From contig CADBFX010000002.1 in assembly GCA_902794125.1 (NCBI GenBank), positions 6,272-70,271 on the forward strand: DNA of 64,000 bases. The letters are read 5' to 3'. The stretch's first letter is position 1; every line of letters starts with the position of its first letter. The notes under the pieces are model-generated. The model was not told where the DNA came from. It saw only the letters and a program-made list of their open reading frames with translations, and searched no databases. The position numbers and the translations under genes were made by a program. Of this stretch, positions 46,728 through 56,256 are shown piece by piece. Source of the DNA: an uncultured Elusimicrobium sp. GTDB lineage: Bacteria > Elusimicrobiota > Elusimicrobia > Elusimicrobiales > Elusimicrobiaceae.

Positions 46728-47574
46728 TTAAGCGTTTTTCTTTTTGAGTAAATCTCGCACGAAGTTGTAGTAGATGTTGTTAGGTGCTTTTTTGAGCGTT
46801 ACTTCCGTCTGTTCGTACGAAACAAAGCCTTGCTCTAGGGCAATTTCTTCCAAACACGCAATTTCCACACCCTGATTTAATTGCATGCTGTGCACAAAGT
46901 TGGAGGCCTGTAACACGCTTTCATGCGTCCCTGTATCCAACCAAGCAAAACCGCGGCCCAATTTGGCCACTTTTAATTTCCCGGTTTGCAAATAGAGTTT
47001 ATTTAAGTCGGTAATTTCCAACTCGCCCCGCGCAGACGTTGTTATCATAAAAATACAGCCCGGTAACGGCGAAGTTGCTTTTAGGGTTAGCCGGTTTTTC
47101 TTCTAAAGAGATTGCCTTTCCTTCTCTATCAAATTCTACCACGCCAAAACGTTGCGGGTCACCCACTTCGTAGGCAAATACGGTGGCGCCGGTATGCTCG
47201 CGCATGGCTTGGGCTAGTGTATCGCCAAATCCGTTCCCGTAAAAGATGTTATCTCCCAAAATTAAAGCACAATCATCCGTACCGATAAATTCTTCTCCCA
47301 GCAAAAAAGCATCGGCGATGCCGCGTTTGTCGTATTGGATTTTATAAGAGAGGTGTAATCCCCATTGGCTGCCGTTTCCCAATAATTTTTGGAAATTGGC
47401 ATTATCTTCCGGGTTGGTGATAATCAAAATGTCTTTAATGCCCGCTTGCATAAGCACAGAAAGCGGATAGTAAATCATCGGTTTGTCGTAGATGGGTAAT
47501 AAAATTTTGGAAATCGGTAAAGAAGCAGGATACAGACGCGTTCCGGCACCGCCGGCTAAAATAATACCTTTCAT
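46728..47574 (-). pseudogene. rfbA: second glucose-1-phosphate thymidylyltransferase, frameshifted by a short deletion
   Basis: N-part ([16 protein letters not shown]...GLYFYDNNV) and C-part ([10 protein letters not shown]...WLDTGT) are in different frames; about 9 residues present in the intact copy are missing. Confidence 0.88.
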
Positions 47575-47619
47575 AAATTCTCCTTAAACTAACTTTCTCT
47601 TATTATACTGATTTTGGGT

Positions 47620-48060
47620 TTATTTTTCATTTATTAACCGTTTCGCACAGGATTCTACAGCTTTTTTAAGTTCTTGAGCTTGCTTAATAAAAGCGCGGCC
47701 GGAAAGAGAAATGGGGTCTTCTAACGGGGTCTTTTTGCCAAACGCAAAATCGTTGAGTAGCCATAATTTATCCGTATACTGAGCGTAGCGGTCCTGTAAC
47801 GAACATAAATGTTCGGGTTCCATACAAAATACGAAATCGGCATTTTGCAAATCTTCTGCAGTAAGTTGCGTAGGGGTATGAGATACAAACGAGATATGGT
47901 GAAGTGAAAGAAAATCTTTTATTTTTTTCGGTACAGTTAGTTGCGGATCCACATACAAGCCGCGCGAAAACACCGTCGCTGACGGGAGTAACTGCTTTAA
48001 AAATTCCTGTGCCAGAAAACTGCGGCAGAGATTGGCGTGGCAAATAAATAAAATCTTCAT
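47620..48060 (-). CDS. low-molecular-weight protein tyrosine phosphatase (Wzb-like)
   Basis: MKILFICHANLCRS (CX5R), SRG and DP motifs; near wzc. Confidence 0.88.
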   Translation of the reverse strand: MKILFICHANLCRSFLAQEFLKQLLPSATVFSRGLYVDPQLTVPKKIKDFLSLHHISFVSHTPTQLTAEDLQNADFVFCMEPEHLCSLQDRYAQYTDKLWLLNDFAFGKKTPLEDPISLSGRAFIKQAQELKKAVESCAKRLINEK

Positions 48061-48095
48061 AGGATACCTTTGCATAAATTTTATAATATATTGGT

Positions 48096-49727
48096 ATGGA
48101 TGTGTTTTTAAAAATTCTGCTCGTTATACTGCTTTTTTTTACGCCGTTTGCTTTTGCCGGCACCGAGCCATGGTCATTTTTGGTGATGCAAGGTGGTGTG
48201 GCTGCTTGTTGGATACTTCTTTTGTTTTCTCGTAGGCATTTACTTTTTTCTTCACTCCTTAAACCGGTTTATTACTTATTCGGCTTTTTGTTACTTCTTT
48301 GTGTAATACAGTTTTGTTTCCCGAAAAATTTATTGATGGCAATTCCTTGGTATCCCATTACACTGATGCCGCTTTACACCTGGGAACATGCAGCGTTATT
48401 CCTAACATATGCCGGCGTTTTTTCTTTAATTCCGCAACTTTATGTTTCTCAAGACGATACAAAACGGTTGCTATTCTGGGTGTTGATTAGTGCGTCGGCG
48501 GTAGCACTATGTGCGTTTAGTTTGCCGCAAGGAGATTATATTTTTCAGTTAGTGGGCCGACGCGGTGGCGTGGGGCCGTTTTTAAACCGCAATCATGCGG
48601 CAATATTTTTTATGATGGGTGCGTTGGCAACGCTAGGACTTTTCTTTACGCAAGGATTAAAGGCCGCTCGCTCCACATTTCGCGGACAGCGGCGTGCTTT
48701 TTATTGGCAGCAAGGTTGTTTGTTTGCCGTCTTTTTGGGATTGTGTTTTGCGTGTATCATGACGCGCTCGCGCGGCGGTATGTTGTCTTTATTATGTGCA
48801 TTGTTTTGTTATGCATTTTTATATGCATACGCCATCCCGTTAAAATTAAAAAAACGGCTTAAAAATGTGTTTATGACGTTAGTCGTTTTGGTGCTTTGTA
48901 TGGGATGGATTACAACGCATATTAAGGAAATCAACGTATTTGCCCAACGCGATCCGTACGCCACGGAAGCAACCCGCCGCATGCTGTACCGCACGAGTTG
49001 GAAAGTATTAAAAGATTATCCTGCCTGGGGCATTGGGGTAGGGGCGATGCCGGTGGTAATTACTTCGTATGTGGAGTGGCCGGTAGATAGTTATATTGAG
49101 CGTTTGCACAACGATTGGTTGGAGATTTTACTGGGTGTAGGATATGTGGGAGCCGGCTTTATCTTATTCGGATTAGGGTGGTTTGTTTGGCTGGTTCTTC
49201 GGCGGCTCAAACAGTTGGAAACGCGTAAACAATTGCTGTTTGCGGCGGTGTTAAGTGCGCTAGCAGGTATGTGCGTGGGAAGTTTTGTAGATTTTCACTT
49301 TTTTATTCCGGCTAATGCCTTCCTGTTTTTTGTATTACTGGGAGTTTTAGGCGCTCCCACCTATGCCAAGGGTCATATTTATACCCTTTCCCTCTCGTTA
49401 CCAGTTAAAGTATTTGGCGTAGCGTTAGTGGTGTTAGCACTCTATGTACCGCTACAAAAGGCGATTGCCTGGCGCGGGTTTGTGTTTGGCAAGGGATTAA
49501 AGCGTGATGCACAACTTGCTCTATACGAAAAATCGTTGCGTCATTACCCCTCCCCCCATTATGCCATTCGTCTCGGAAATGCGTATTACAACGCTTCCTT
49601 ACGAGCCCAAACGCCCGAGGAACGCCAAGCATTGCGAGCCAAGGCTTTTCACACGGCGCGTATATATTTGCAACGCTATCCCAAAGATAAAGAACTCTCG
49701 TTTTTGTACATGCGTTCGCGTCCATAA
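48096..49727 (+). CDS. O-antigen ligase/Wzy_C family membrane protein
   Basis: GPFLNRNH, TRSRGG, WGIGVG, HNDWLE and DFHF motifs; many TM helices. Confidence 0.88.
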   Translation: MDVFLKILLVILLFFTPFAFAGTEPWSFLVMQGGVAACWILLLFSRRHLLFSSLLKPVYYLFGFLLLLCVIQFCFPKNLLMAIPWYPITLMPLYTWEHAALFLTYAGVFSLIPQLYVSQDDTKRLLFWVLISASAVALCAFSLPQGDYIFQLVGRRGGVGPFLNRNHAAIFFMMGALATLGLFFTQGLKAARSTFRGQRRAFYWQQGCLFAVFLGLCFACIMTRSRGGMLSLLCALFCYAFLYAYAIPLKLKKRLKNVFMTLVVLVLCMGWITTHIKEINVFAQRDPYATEATRRMLYRTSWKVLKDYPAWGIGVGAMPVVITSYVEWPVDSYIERLHNDWLEILLGVGYVGAGFILFGLGWFVWLVLRRLKQLETRKQLLFAAVLSALAGMCVGSFVDFHFFIPANAFLFFVLLGVLGAPTYAKGHIYTLSLSLPVKVFGVALVVLALYVPLQKAIAWRGFVFGKGLKRDAQLALYEKSLRHYPSPHYAIRLGNAYYNASLRAQTPEERQALRAKAFHTARIYLQRYPKDKELSFLYMRSRP

Positions 49728-49770
49728 ATTCTCTCTGGGCAAACGTCTAAAAAAATAGTAAAATATAACT

Positions 49771-50424
49771 ATGAAGAATTATACCTTACTATTGGTTTGC
49801 GGAGCGGTAGCCTTATTGACGGCTTGTTCCAGCCAACCTGCTAAAAAGACCACGACGGTGGCAACTTCCAAAACTATTACGCAACAGGACGTGCTTCAAG
49901 GTATTGAGCAAGTACGCGCCTCTCACGCCTATTTATTACAGCCGGGCGATTTGTTAGAAATTCAAGTATTTCGCGAAGAAACGATGGATCGTACCTTACG
50001 CATCAGCGGGAACGGAGCTATTACGTTCCCGTTAGTTGGGCCCGTATACGTTGCCGGTAAATCGTTGCAAGAAGCCGAAGAAACCTTGGCTGAGCAACTT
50101 AAAACATATTTACGAAATCCTCAAGTATCTATCTTAGTAAAAGAATACGGTAACAAAACGGTTTACGTATTGGGCCAAGTACAAAAGCCGGCCGCTATTC
50201 AAATTCCACCGGAAAAACCGCTTACGGTGTTAGAAGCCATTACTTCTGTGGGCGGATTTACCGAAGTAGCCAATACGTCTAAAGTGCGCGTGTTGCGCAT
50301 GCAAAACGGCAAACAAAACGCCATTGATGTAGACGTTACCCAAATCACCAAACAAGGTAACAAATCTATGGATATTGCGCTAGCTCCCGGAGATGTTATC
50401 TTCGTGCCGCAAAGTATGTTCTAA
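49771..50424 (+). CDS. polysaccharide export (OPX/Wza-like) lipoprotein, short form
   Basis: LTA-C lipobox, Poly_export motif (YLLQPGD...GAITFPLVG) and one SLBB domain; ends PQSMF. Confidence 0.92.
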   Translation: MKNYTLLLVCGAVALLTACSSQPAKKTTTVATSKTITQQDVLQGIEQVRASHAYLLQPGDLLEIQVFREETMDRTLRISGNGAITFPLVGPVYVAGKSLQEAEETLAEQLKTYLRNPQVSILVKEYGNKTVYVLGQVQKPAAIQIPPEKPLTVLEAITSVGGFTEVANTSKVRVLRMQNGKQNAIDVDVTQITKQGNKSMDIALAPGDVIFVPQSMF

Positions 50425-50434
50425 CGGATAATAT

Positions 50435-52150
50435 ATGAATACAAATAGTGAAGAATTAGATTTAAACGAGATTATTACTATCGTTTTTAAACGCTTTTGG
50501 CTGATTGCCGGCCTGGTTGTTTGCGGGCTGGTGGCAGCTATTTTGGTTAATACATTCATGCGCCCAATGTACGAAGCAACGGCACTACTGATGATTAACA
50601 AAGAAGATGCCGGAAAATTGGATGCAAGTTCTTACGGCTCTTTTATGAGTGAGGAAGATTACTACCGTACACAGTACCAACTTTTGGAAAGCCGCTCTTT
50701 ACTGGAACGTGTTTATCAACAATTAGATTTAGATCAATACGAGCAATTTGCCAATCCCAACGGCGTGAAAAAATTGCACGGGGCGCTCAAAATTTCTCCC
50801 ATCACCCGCAGCCGTTTAGTTAATGTCAGCATCCGCGCATATGACCCACAACTGGCAACTGAAGTGGCTAATGAAGTAGCCAATACTTTTGTGGCGGAAA
50901 ATATCAGCAACCGTATTTCTATGGGGCAGGACATTATTCGTGCCTTGGAAAGTTCGGAAAACACGCCGGAAGAACAGGAATTGTTGAGTTCCATGCCGCA
51001 AGTGATGAACAGCGATTTTATCAAATCACTTAAACAGCAAGTAGCGGCACTGGAAAGCCAAAAAGCCGAACTGTCGGCTAAATATACAAACCAACACCCG
51101 GAAGTGTTGTCTGTCAATGGGCGGTTGGAAGCATTGAATGCTCAAATTGCACAGGAAACCCGCCGCTTGGTGCAGAGTATTAAAATTGAACTATCCGGCC
51201 AGTTTTCGGGCAATAATATCCGCGTAGTGGACCCGGCGATTGTGCCGTTAAATCCGATCCGCCCGCGCAAAATGATTAATTTGGCTATTGGTATGTTGGC
51301 CGGTGGGTTACTGGGTCTGTTAATTGTGTTTGCGTTGGAATTTATGGACCAAAGTATCAAGTCCTCCGAGGATTTGGAAAATAAATTACATTTGGGATTT
51401 TTGGGGTTTATTCCCTACGAAAAAAAGACGAAAGAAAAAGAGCGCGAAACCGAATATGCCACCATGCTTAAAAAAGGTAATTTCTTGTTAGCCGAAAATG
51501 TGCGCAGTATCCGCACCATGTTAGGGTTTTCCCTGTCGGAAGCTCCGAAAGCACCCTTTTTGATTACCAGTGCTGTGCAAGGCGAAGGAAAAAGCCATTT
51601 ATCTGCCAACTTAGTAGTTGCGTTGGCGCAAGCCGGTAAAAAAGTGTTGTTAATTGACGGTGATTTGCGCCGCTCTCGCTTGCATAAAGTCTTTCGCGTG
51701 TCCTTAGATAAAGGGCTTAGTAACATTTGGTCGGATATTGCTGAAACGGCCGACTATGCGGCAAATATACAAGCTGTGGCGGATGTGCCGAATTTGTTCG
51801 TAATGACTTCCGGACAACGTCCCCCCAACCCGGCTGAATTGTTAAGTACGCCCAAACTAAATGATTTTATCAACTGGGCCCAACAAAATTACGACCATGT
51901 GATAGTAGACTGCCCGGCTATTTTGCCGGTGGCCGACAGTATGTTGTGGGGCCGGTATATTCCGCGTGCTATTTTTGTGGTGCGCTATGGTAAAACCAAT
52001 ACTAAACTTGCCCAAACGGCGTTGGATAAATTGCAACAAGCCGGTGTAAAGATCTTGGGGGCTGTTATCAGCCAATACCGTCCGCAAGGGCTTTCGTACG
52101 GTAAGTATGGGTATTACAAGAGCTACCATTATTACGAAGATAAAAAATAA
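50435..52150 (+). CDS. polysaccharide co-polymerase / BY-kinase (Wzc-like)
   Basis: Wzz-type N-terminus, HP.V, GEGKS Walker A, IDGDLRR, PPNPAELL, DCP and a Tyr-rich tail. Confidence 0.95.
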   Translation: MNTNSEELDLNEIITIVFKRFWLIAGLVVCGLVAAILVNTFMRPMYEATALLMINKEDAGKLDASSYGSFMSEEDYYRTQYQLLESRSLLERVYQQLDLDQYEQFANPNGVKKLHGALKISPITRSRLVNVSIRAYDPQLATEVANEVANTFVAENISNRISMGQDIIRALESSENTPEEQELLSSMPQVMNSDFIKSLKQQVAALESQKAELSAKYTNQHPEVLSVNGRLEALNAQIAQETRRLVQSIKIELSGQFSGNNIRVVDPAIVPLNPIRPRKMINLAIGMLAGGLLGLLIVFALEFMDQSIKSSEDLENKLHLGFLGFIPYEKKTKEKERETEYATMLKKGNFLLAENVRSIRTMLGFSLSEAPKAPFLITSAVQGEGKSHLSANLVVALAQAGKKVLLIDGDLRRSRLHKVFRVSLDKGLSNIWSDIAETADYAANIQAVADVPNLFVMTSGQRPPNPAELLSTPKLNDFINWAQQNYDHVIVDCPAILPVADSMLWGRYIPRAIFVVRYGKTNTKLAQTALDKLQQAGVKILGAVISQYRPQGLSYGKYGYYKSYHYYEDKK

Positions 52151-52166
52151 TTCTTTGCAGGTTTGT

Positions 52167-52203
52167 AAAAATATCCCGCTGATTTCCAGCGGGATATTTT
52201 TTT
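52167..52203 (+). terminator. terminator after wzc
   Basis: AAAAATATCCCGCTG-ATTTC-CAGCGGGATATTTTTTT. Confidence 0.88.
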
Positions 52204-52415
52204 GTAATTATTCATTCTATCTTTGTTCCCGGGTGAACGAACATCCCATACGGCATAAACACTTTTTAAGGCTACGTACGTGGCGCATCTCAAATAATTA
52301 CTAAGGTCTGCTGTCGTTATAACGGTTTGGTTTTCGGAGAAGTGAGCAGATAAGAGGACGAGAAATTTGAATTAGAGTAGAAAAGCCGACTCTTTTTCCC
52401 CCATATTTTCCCCAT

Positions 52416-52444
52416 AAAAAACCCCGGGGAATTTTCCCCGGGGT
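52416..52444 (-). terminator. terminator after the beta-barrel gene
   Basis: AAAAAACCCCGGGGAATTTTCCCCGGGGT. Confidence 0.8.
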
Positions 52445-52464
52445 AAATATATTGCAAGTTTTGA

Positions 52465-53598
52465 TTAGAACATCGCTTTTACGAATACACCGGCTTTATT
52501 GTTTTCGTATTCGGCCCATTTAGCATCGGAAGTGCGGGTGCGGTATTGGTACCATACACCGGCCATTAACCAATCTCTGAACAAGTAATCTACTTGCGGG
52601 CGAACCGTGTAGAGCGTATCGCTGCGGCGTTTGTTTTCCCACGCAGCACGGCGGGAATAGGTCATGTCTTCCCAACCTAACAGTAAGCTGGCGGAAAGTT
52701 TGTTGTTGAATTGATGCCGCGCCGTTAACGCTACTAACGTATCAGCAAAATAGCGGTTGGCATCATACAACGTTTCTTCCATTTTGCGTTCGCCGGATAA
52801 GGTGAACGTATCGCGTTGGGTGGGTTTATACGTCAAAGCTGCATAGTAACCAAACAAGTCCGGGTGGTTGGACGCGCCGGCTAAATCGTGCGAGTAATCG
52901 CGCATGGCATAGGTTACTTTAGCGGTACCGTTTACTTTCGGCGCAATTTGACCGTTGATCCCTAAACCGACTTGATGGCCGGTAGAATTGTTATCGCCAT
53001 TTTTATCATAGACGATATCCGAGAACATATATTCGGCAAAGATATTGGTTTTGGTATTGAAGTTGTAGAATACTTGCGCCCCGGCATTGACGCGGTTGCG
53101 GTTCAAGTAATTCATAGCACTTTCGTAATAGTGGTCAAAAATATCTTCGGCCAATAAACCAAAGCTGATGAGCTTTTCATGGCTGGTTTGGTAAGAAGCA
53201 TAGGCCGTATTGTTTAACCGTTTGTAACGTTCGGTAAGAGAGCTGTTGGCCGGGTCCGAGGTGTAGAGGACGCGGTCGCCCAATTTTAAGAATTGATTGG
53301 CTACTTCTACGGTGCCTAAAGCGTCCCAGTAGTTGTTTTTGCTCGGCTTTTCGGTGTAAAGATTATAACCTACTAAAGCACCGGCTTTTAAGTTTAAGCT
53401 GCTACCGGGAATTTGAGCTTTATAATCAGCCCCCACACGGGTGGTGCTGATGAACGAATCTTTTTTATCCGTCCCTTTTTTAAGATAGATATTATCGTCG
53501 TAGCTAATATCTTCGGTTACTAAGAATTTCACCGGGCTGGCGGCAAAAACCGGAGCGGCCAAGATGAAAGCCAACGCAAGAGTTAATAATTTTTTCAT
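52465..53598 (-). CDS. outer-membrane beta-barrel (BBP2/DUF2320-like, polysaccharide export porin)
   Basis: Signal peptide, SYDDNIY motif, alternating aromatic strands, terminal F; linked to wza/wzc. Confidence 0.8.
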   Translation of the reverse strand: MKKLLTLALAFILAAPVFAASPVKFLVTEDISYDDNIYLKKGTDKKDSFISTTRVGADYKAQIPGSSLNLKAGALVGYNLYTEKPSKNNYWDALGTVEVANQFLKLGDRVLYTSDPANSSLTERYKRLNNTAYASYQTSHEKLISFGLLAEDIFDHYYESAMNYLNRNRVNAGAQVFYNFNTKTNIFAEYMFSDIVYDKNGDNNSTGHQVGLGINGQIAPKVNGTAKVTYAMRDYSHDLAGASNHPDLFGYYAALTYKPTQRDTFTLSGERKMEETLYDANRYFADTLVALTARHQFNNKLSASLLLGWEDMTYSRRAAWENKRRSDTLYTVRPQVDYLFRDWLMAGVWYQYRTRTSDAKWAEYENNKAGVFVKAMF

Positions 53599-53622
53599 GT
53601 AAATTTTTCCTCCTTTCATCCA

Positions 53623-54243
53623 TTAGCGCGGAGCCGAAGGACTGAGCACTTCTTCTTCCGTTACATATACGTTTTGAGTCGCTTGTTCGCTAGCGGCGCT
53701 GATTTGTGTTAAGGCAACTACTGCTTCCGGAGCAATAAAGGAGAATTCATAAGAAGCAACTGTGTCGCCCGGTTCAGCGGTAACAACAGAGGATACACGT
53801 TGGTTTTGGGTGTTCCCCGTTGTCACATTTTGGGTTATGTCCTTCGTTTTTTCTGCTATAATTTTCTCTTTGACGGCAGAAGCTTTTTCATTGGCTTCTT
53901 CTATTTCTGTATCCGTTTGAGTGGTGGCAACTTGTTTAGTGGCAGAAGCCGTTGTATTAGCAGAAGAGCTGGAAGATACGTTATTTACGGCCGGTCTAAC
54001 CGGGGTAACCGCTTGCGCTACAACGACGGGAGCTGCTTGGCGTTGGGCTACTTGCGCCAACGGGGATGCTTCTTGTACGAAGGCATCTTGTTGCGCCCAG
54101 GTATTATCTACCGGTTGCGCAGCAGTCGCAGCGACGGAGGTGGATTTTTTTTGATTGTTTTCCACCGAAAAATTATTATAGGCTGCTTGGGCAACAAACG
54201 CAACAACTATTGCCGCTACAATCCCTATTAATACGTTTTTCAT
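53623..54243 (-). CDS. exported Ala/Ser/Thr-rich hypothetical protein ending VLSPSAPR
   Basis: N-terminal hydrophobic segment, low-complexity middle; co-oriented with the barrel gene. Confidence 0.75.
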   Translation of the reverse strand: MKNVLIGIVAAIVVAFVAQAAYNNFSVENNQKKSTSVAATAAQPVDNTWAQQDAFVQEASPLAQVAQRQAAPVVVAQAVTPVRPAVNNVSSSSSANTTASATKQVATTQTDTEIEEANEKASAVKEKIIAEKTKDITQNVTTGNTQNQRVSSVVTAEPGDTVASYEFSFIAPEAVVALTQISAASEQATQNVYVTEEEVLSPSAPR

Positions 54244-54332
54244 TGCAATATACTTCTCCTCATGATATTTAAAGTTAAACTAACATCATAAATTTTAGCA
54301 TTTTTTATCCATTTGCAACAAGTAGAAAAGGA

Positions 54333-54908
54333 TTATTTTTTGATCCACGAAAAAATCTTTAGTAATAAAGTGCGTAAACCGAGCCCCAACAGAGTGCCTG
54401 CAGAGTTGTGGATTAAGTCGTCCACGTCACAACAGCCGAGATGGAAGGCATACTGTAACGATTCAATGGCGATAGAAACGAGTAATCCAACCAGCAACAC
54501 CCGCCACCAAGTAGCTTTTTTCCAAATAAAAGGCAGTAAAAAGCCGAAAGGAATAAATAACACAATGTTTAAAATACAATCTTCTACGGGAGAATCTGTG
54601 GTTACATGAAAAATGTTGGGAGAACTGCGAAATACATCTAAACATAGGCGGCGTGTAACGGTTTTAAGCCCCAGCCAGCATCCGATTCCTACCCGGTAGA
54701 TATAAAAAGGCCGGAACAAGAGCTTTGGGGTGGCCGCCATAGAGCGAGACAGTAGGGTAAAATAAATTACCCCCCCTGCATACACTCCTAAAAGCATCCG
54801 GTAGCACCATGTTTGAAAGCGCTCCTGTTTACCGGAAAAATAGATTCCGGCACAAGTGCCTGCCAAACATAAAATAACTGCCAGAGCAAATAAACTAGAT
54901 TGCCACAT
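54333..54908 (-). CDS. VanZ family protein
   Basis: NIVLFIPFG, SIAIESLQ and DVDDLIHNSAG motifs. Confidence 0.9.
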   Translation of the reverse strand: MWQSSLFALAVILCLAGTCAGIYFSGKQERFQTWCYRMLLGVYAGGVIYFTLLSRSMAATPKLLFRPFYIYRVGIGCWLGLKTVTRRLCLDVFRSSPNIFHVTTDSPVEDCILNIVLFIPFGFLLPFIWKKATWWRVLLVGLLVSIAIESLQYAFHLGCCDVDDLIHNSAGTLLGLGLRTLLLKIFSWIKK

Positions 54909-54911
54909 GAA

Positions 54912-56132
54912 TTAATCTTTATTGAATAAATCCCGCGTATAAACCTTGGTTTGCACATCTTTTAGGCAAGGGTCATAACGGTTTGTTAAAATTATCTGCA
55001 CCTGATTTTTAAAAGTAGCTAAATCGTGTTCTACGGGAAAACCTTCAAAAGTGTCTTGCTTAAGAATCGGTTCAAAAATGACGATCCGTATCCCTTTTTT
55101 GGTTAGACGTTTCATCACTTCTTGTATACTGCTGGCACGAAAATTATCGCTACCGGACTTCATAGTGAGGCGAAAAATACCGACAGTAGGTGTTTGACCT
55201 CCCGGACAATAAGACTGCAACAACGCGAAAACGCGATTTGCAATAAAATCCATACGGGTCGTGTTGGAGGCAACAATCGCACTCATCATATTTTGCGGAA
55301 CGTCTTTGTAATTGGCCAGTAATTGTTTGGTGTCTTTGGGCAGACAATAGCCACCATATCCGAAGGACGGATTGTTGTAGTGGGTGCCGATGCGCGGGTC
55401 AAAACCGATTCCCTCAATAATTTGCCGGCTATTCAGGCCTTTTACTTCTGCATATGTGTCAAGTTCGTTAAAGTAACTTACCCGCATAGCTAGGTAGGTA
55501 TTAGCAAAAAGTTTTACGGCTTCTGCCTCTTTATATCCCATAATTAATATGGGGATATCTTTATCCAAAGCACTTTCTTGCAGCAGGGTGGCAAAAATCT
55601 TGGCTTTTTGGGTTAAAGCTGCGTCTTGCAGATCAGTTCCCACGATAATGCGGGAAGGATGCAAATTGTCATATAACGAGCGGCCTTCGCGTAAAAATTC
55701 CGGGCTAAAAAGCACGTTTTGAATACCCGTCTTTTGGCGAAATTGTTCTGTAAAACCTACCGGGATAGTGGATTTAATAACAGCCACAGCATTAGGGTTG
55801 GCTGCGTGGACTTGCCGAAGAACACTTTCTACGGATGAAGTATCAAAATAATGCTTTTCTTCATCGTAATTTGTGGGAACTGCCACGATAACAAAATCAG
55901 CCTTTTTATAAACTTCTTCTCCGTTAGTAGTAGCAGAAAGATTTAAGTTTTTATCCGATAGAAATTGCTGGATATCCGGATCCACAATGGTAGAACAATG
56001 GTTATTAATCAAATTTACCCTGTTTTCATCGATATCAACAGCGGTTACGTGATGATGTTTGGCGAGTAATGTGGCCAAGGACATTCCGACGTATCCTGTC
56101 CCGGCAATGGCGATATTATATGGTTGTTTCAC
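54912..56132 (-). CDS. ugd: UDP-glucose 6-dehydrogenase
   Basis: [40 protein letters not shown] and SDNFR motifs. Confidence 0.96.
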   Translation of the reverse strand: MKQPYNIAIAGTGYVGMSLATLLAKHHHVTAVDIDENRVNLINNHCSTIVDPDIQQFLSDKNLNLSATTNGEEVYKKADFVIVAVPTNYDEEKHYFDTSSVESVLRQVHAANPNAVAVIKSTIPVGFTEQFRQKTGIQNVLFSPEFLREGRSLYDNLHPSRIIVGTDLQDAALTQKAKIFATLLQESALDKDIPILIMGYKEAEAVKLFANTYLAMRVSYFNELDTYAEVKGLNSRQIIEGIGFDPRIGTHYNNPSFGYGGYCLPKDTKQLLANYKDVPQNMMSAIVASNTTRMDFIANRVFALLQSYCPGGQTPTVGIFRLTMKSGSDNFRASSIQEVMKRLTKKGIRIVIFEPILKQDTFEGFPVEHDLATFKNQVQIILTNRYDPCLKDVQTKVYTRDLFNKD

Positions 56133-56256
56133 AGCCAGACTCCGTTAAAAATATATTTTATTATACCTTTTTTGCCAGCAGGGAAAAAGGGCGTTTATTT
56201 TTAGTTAGTTTGAGGACAAATATTTTTGCAATAAAGTATAATATAAATAAGGATAT

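Noticed and set aside
46999-47048. Programmed frameshift in the second rfbA
   Set aside because: Conserved residues are physically missing and there is no slippery site; a deletion explains it.
52204-52415. ~200-bp gap between convergent terminators as an ncRNA or small gene
   Set aside because: No convincing promoter, stable structure or ORF found by eye.
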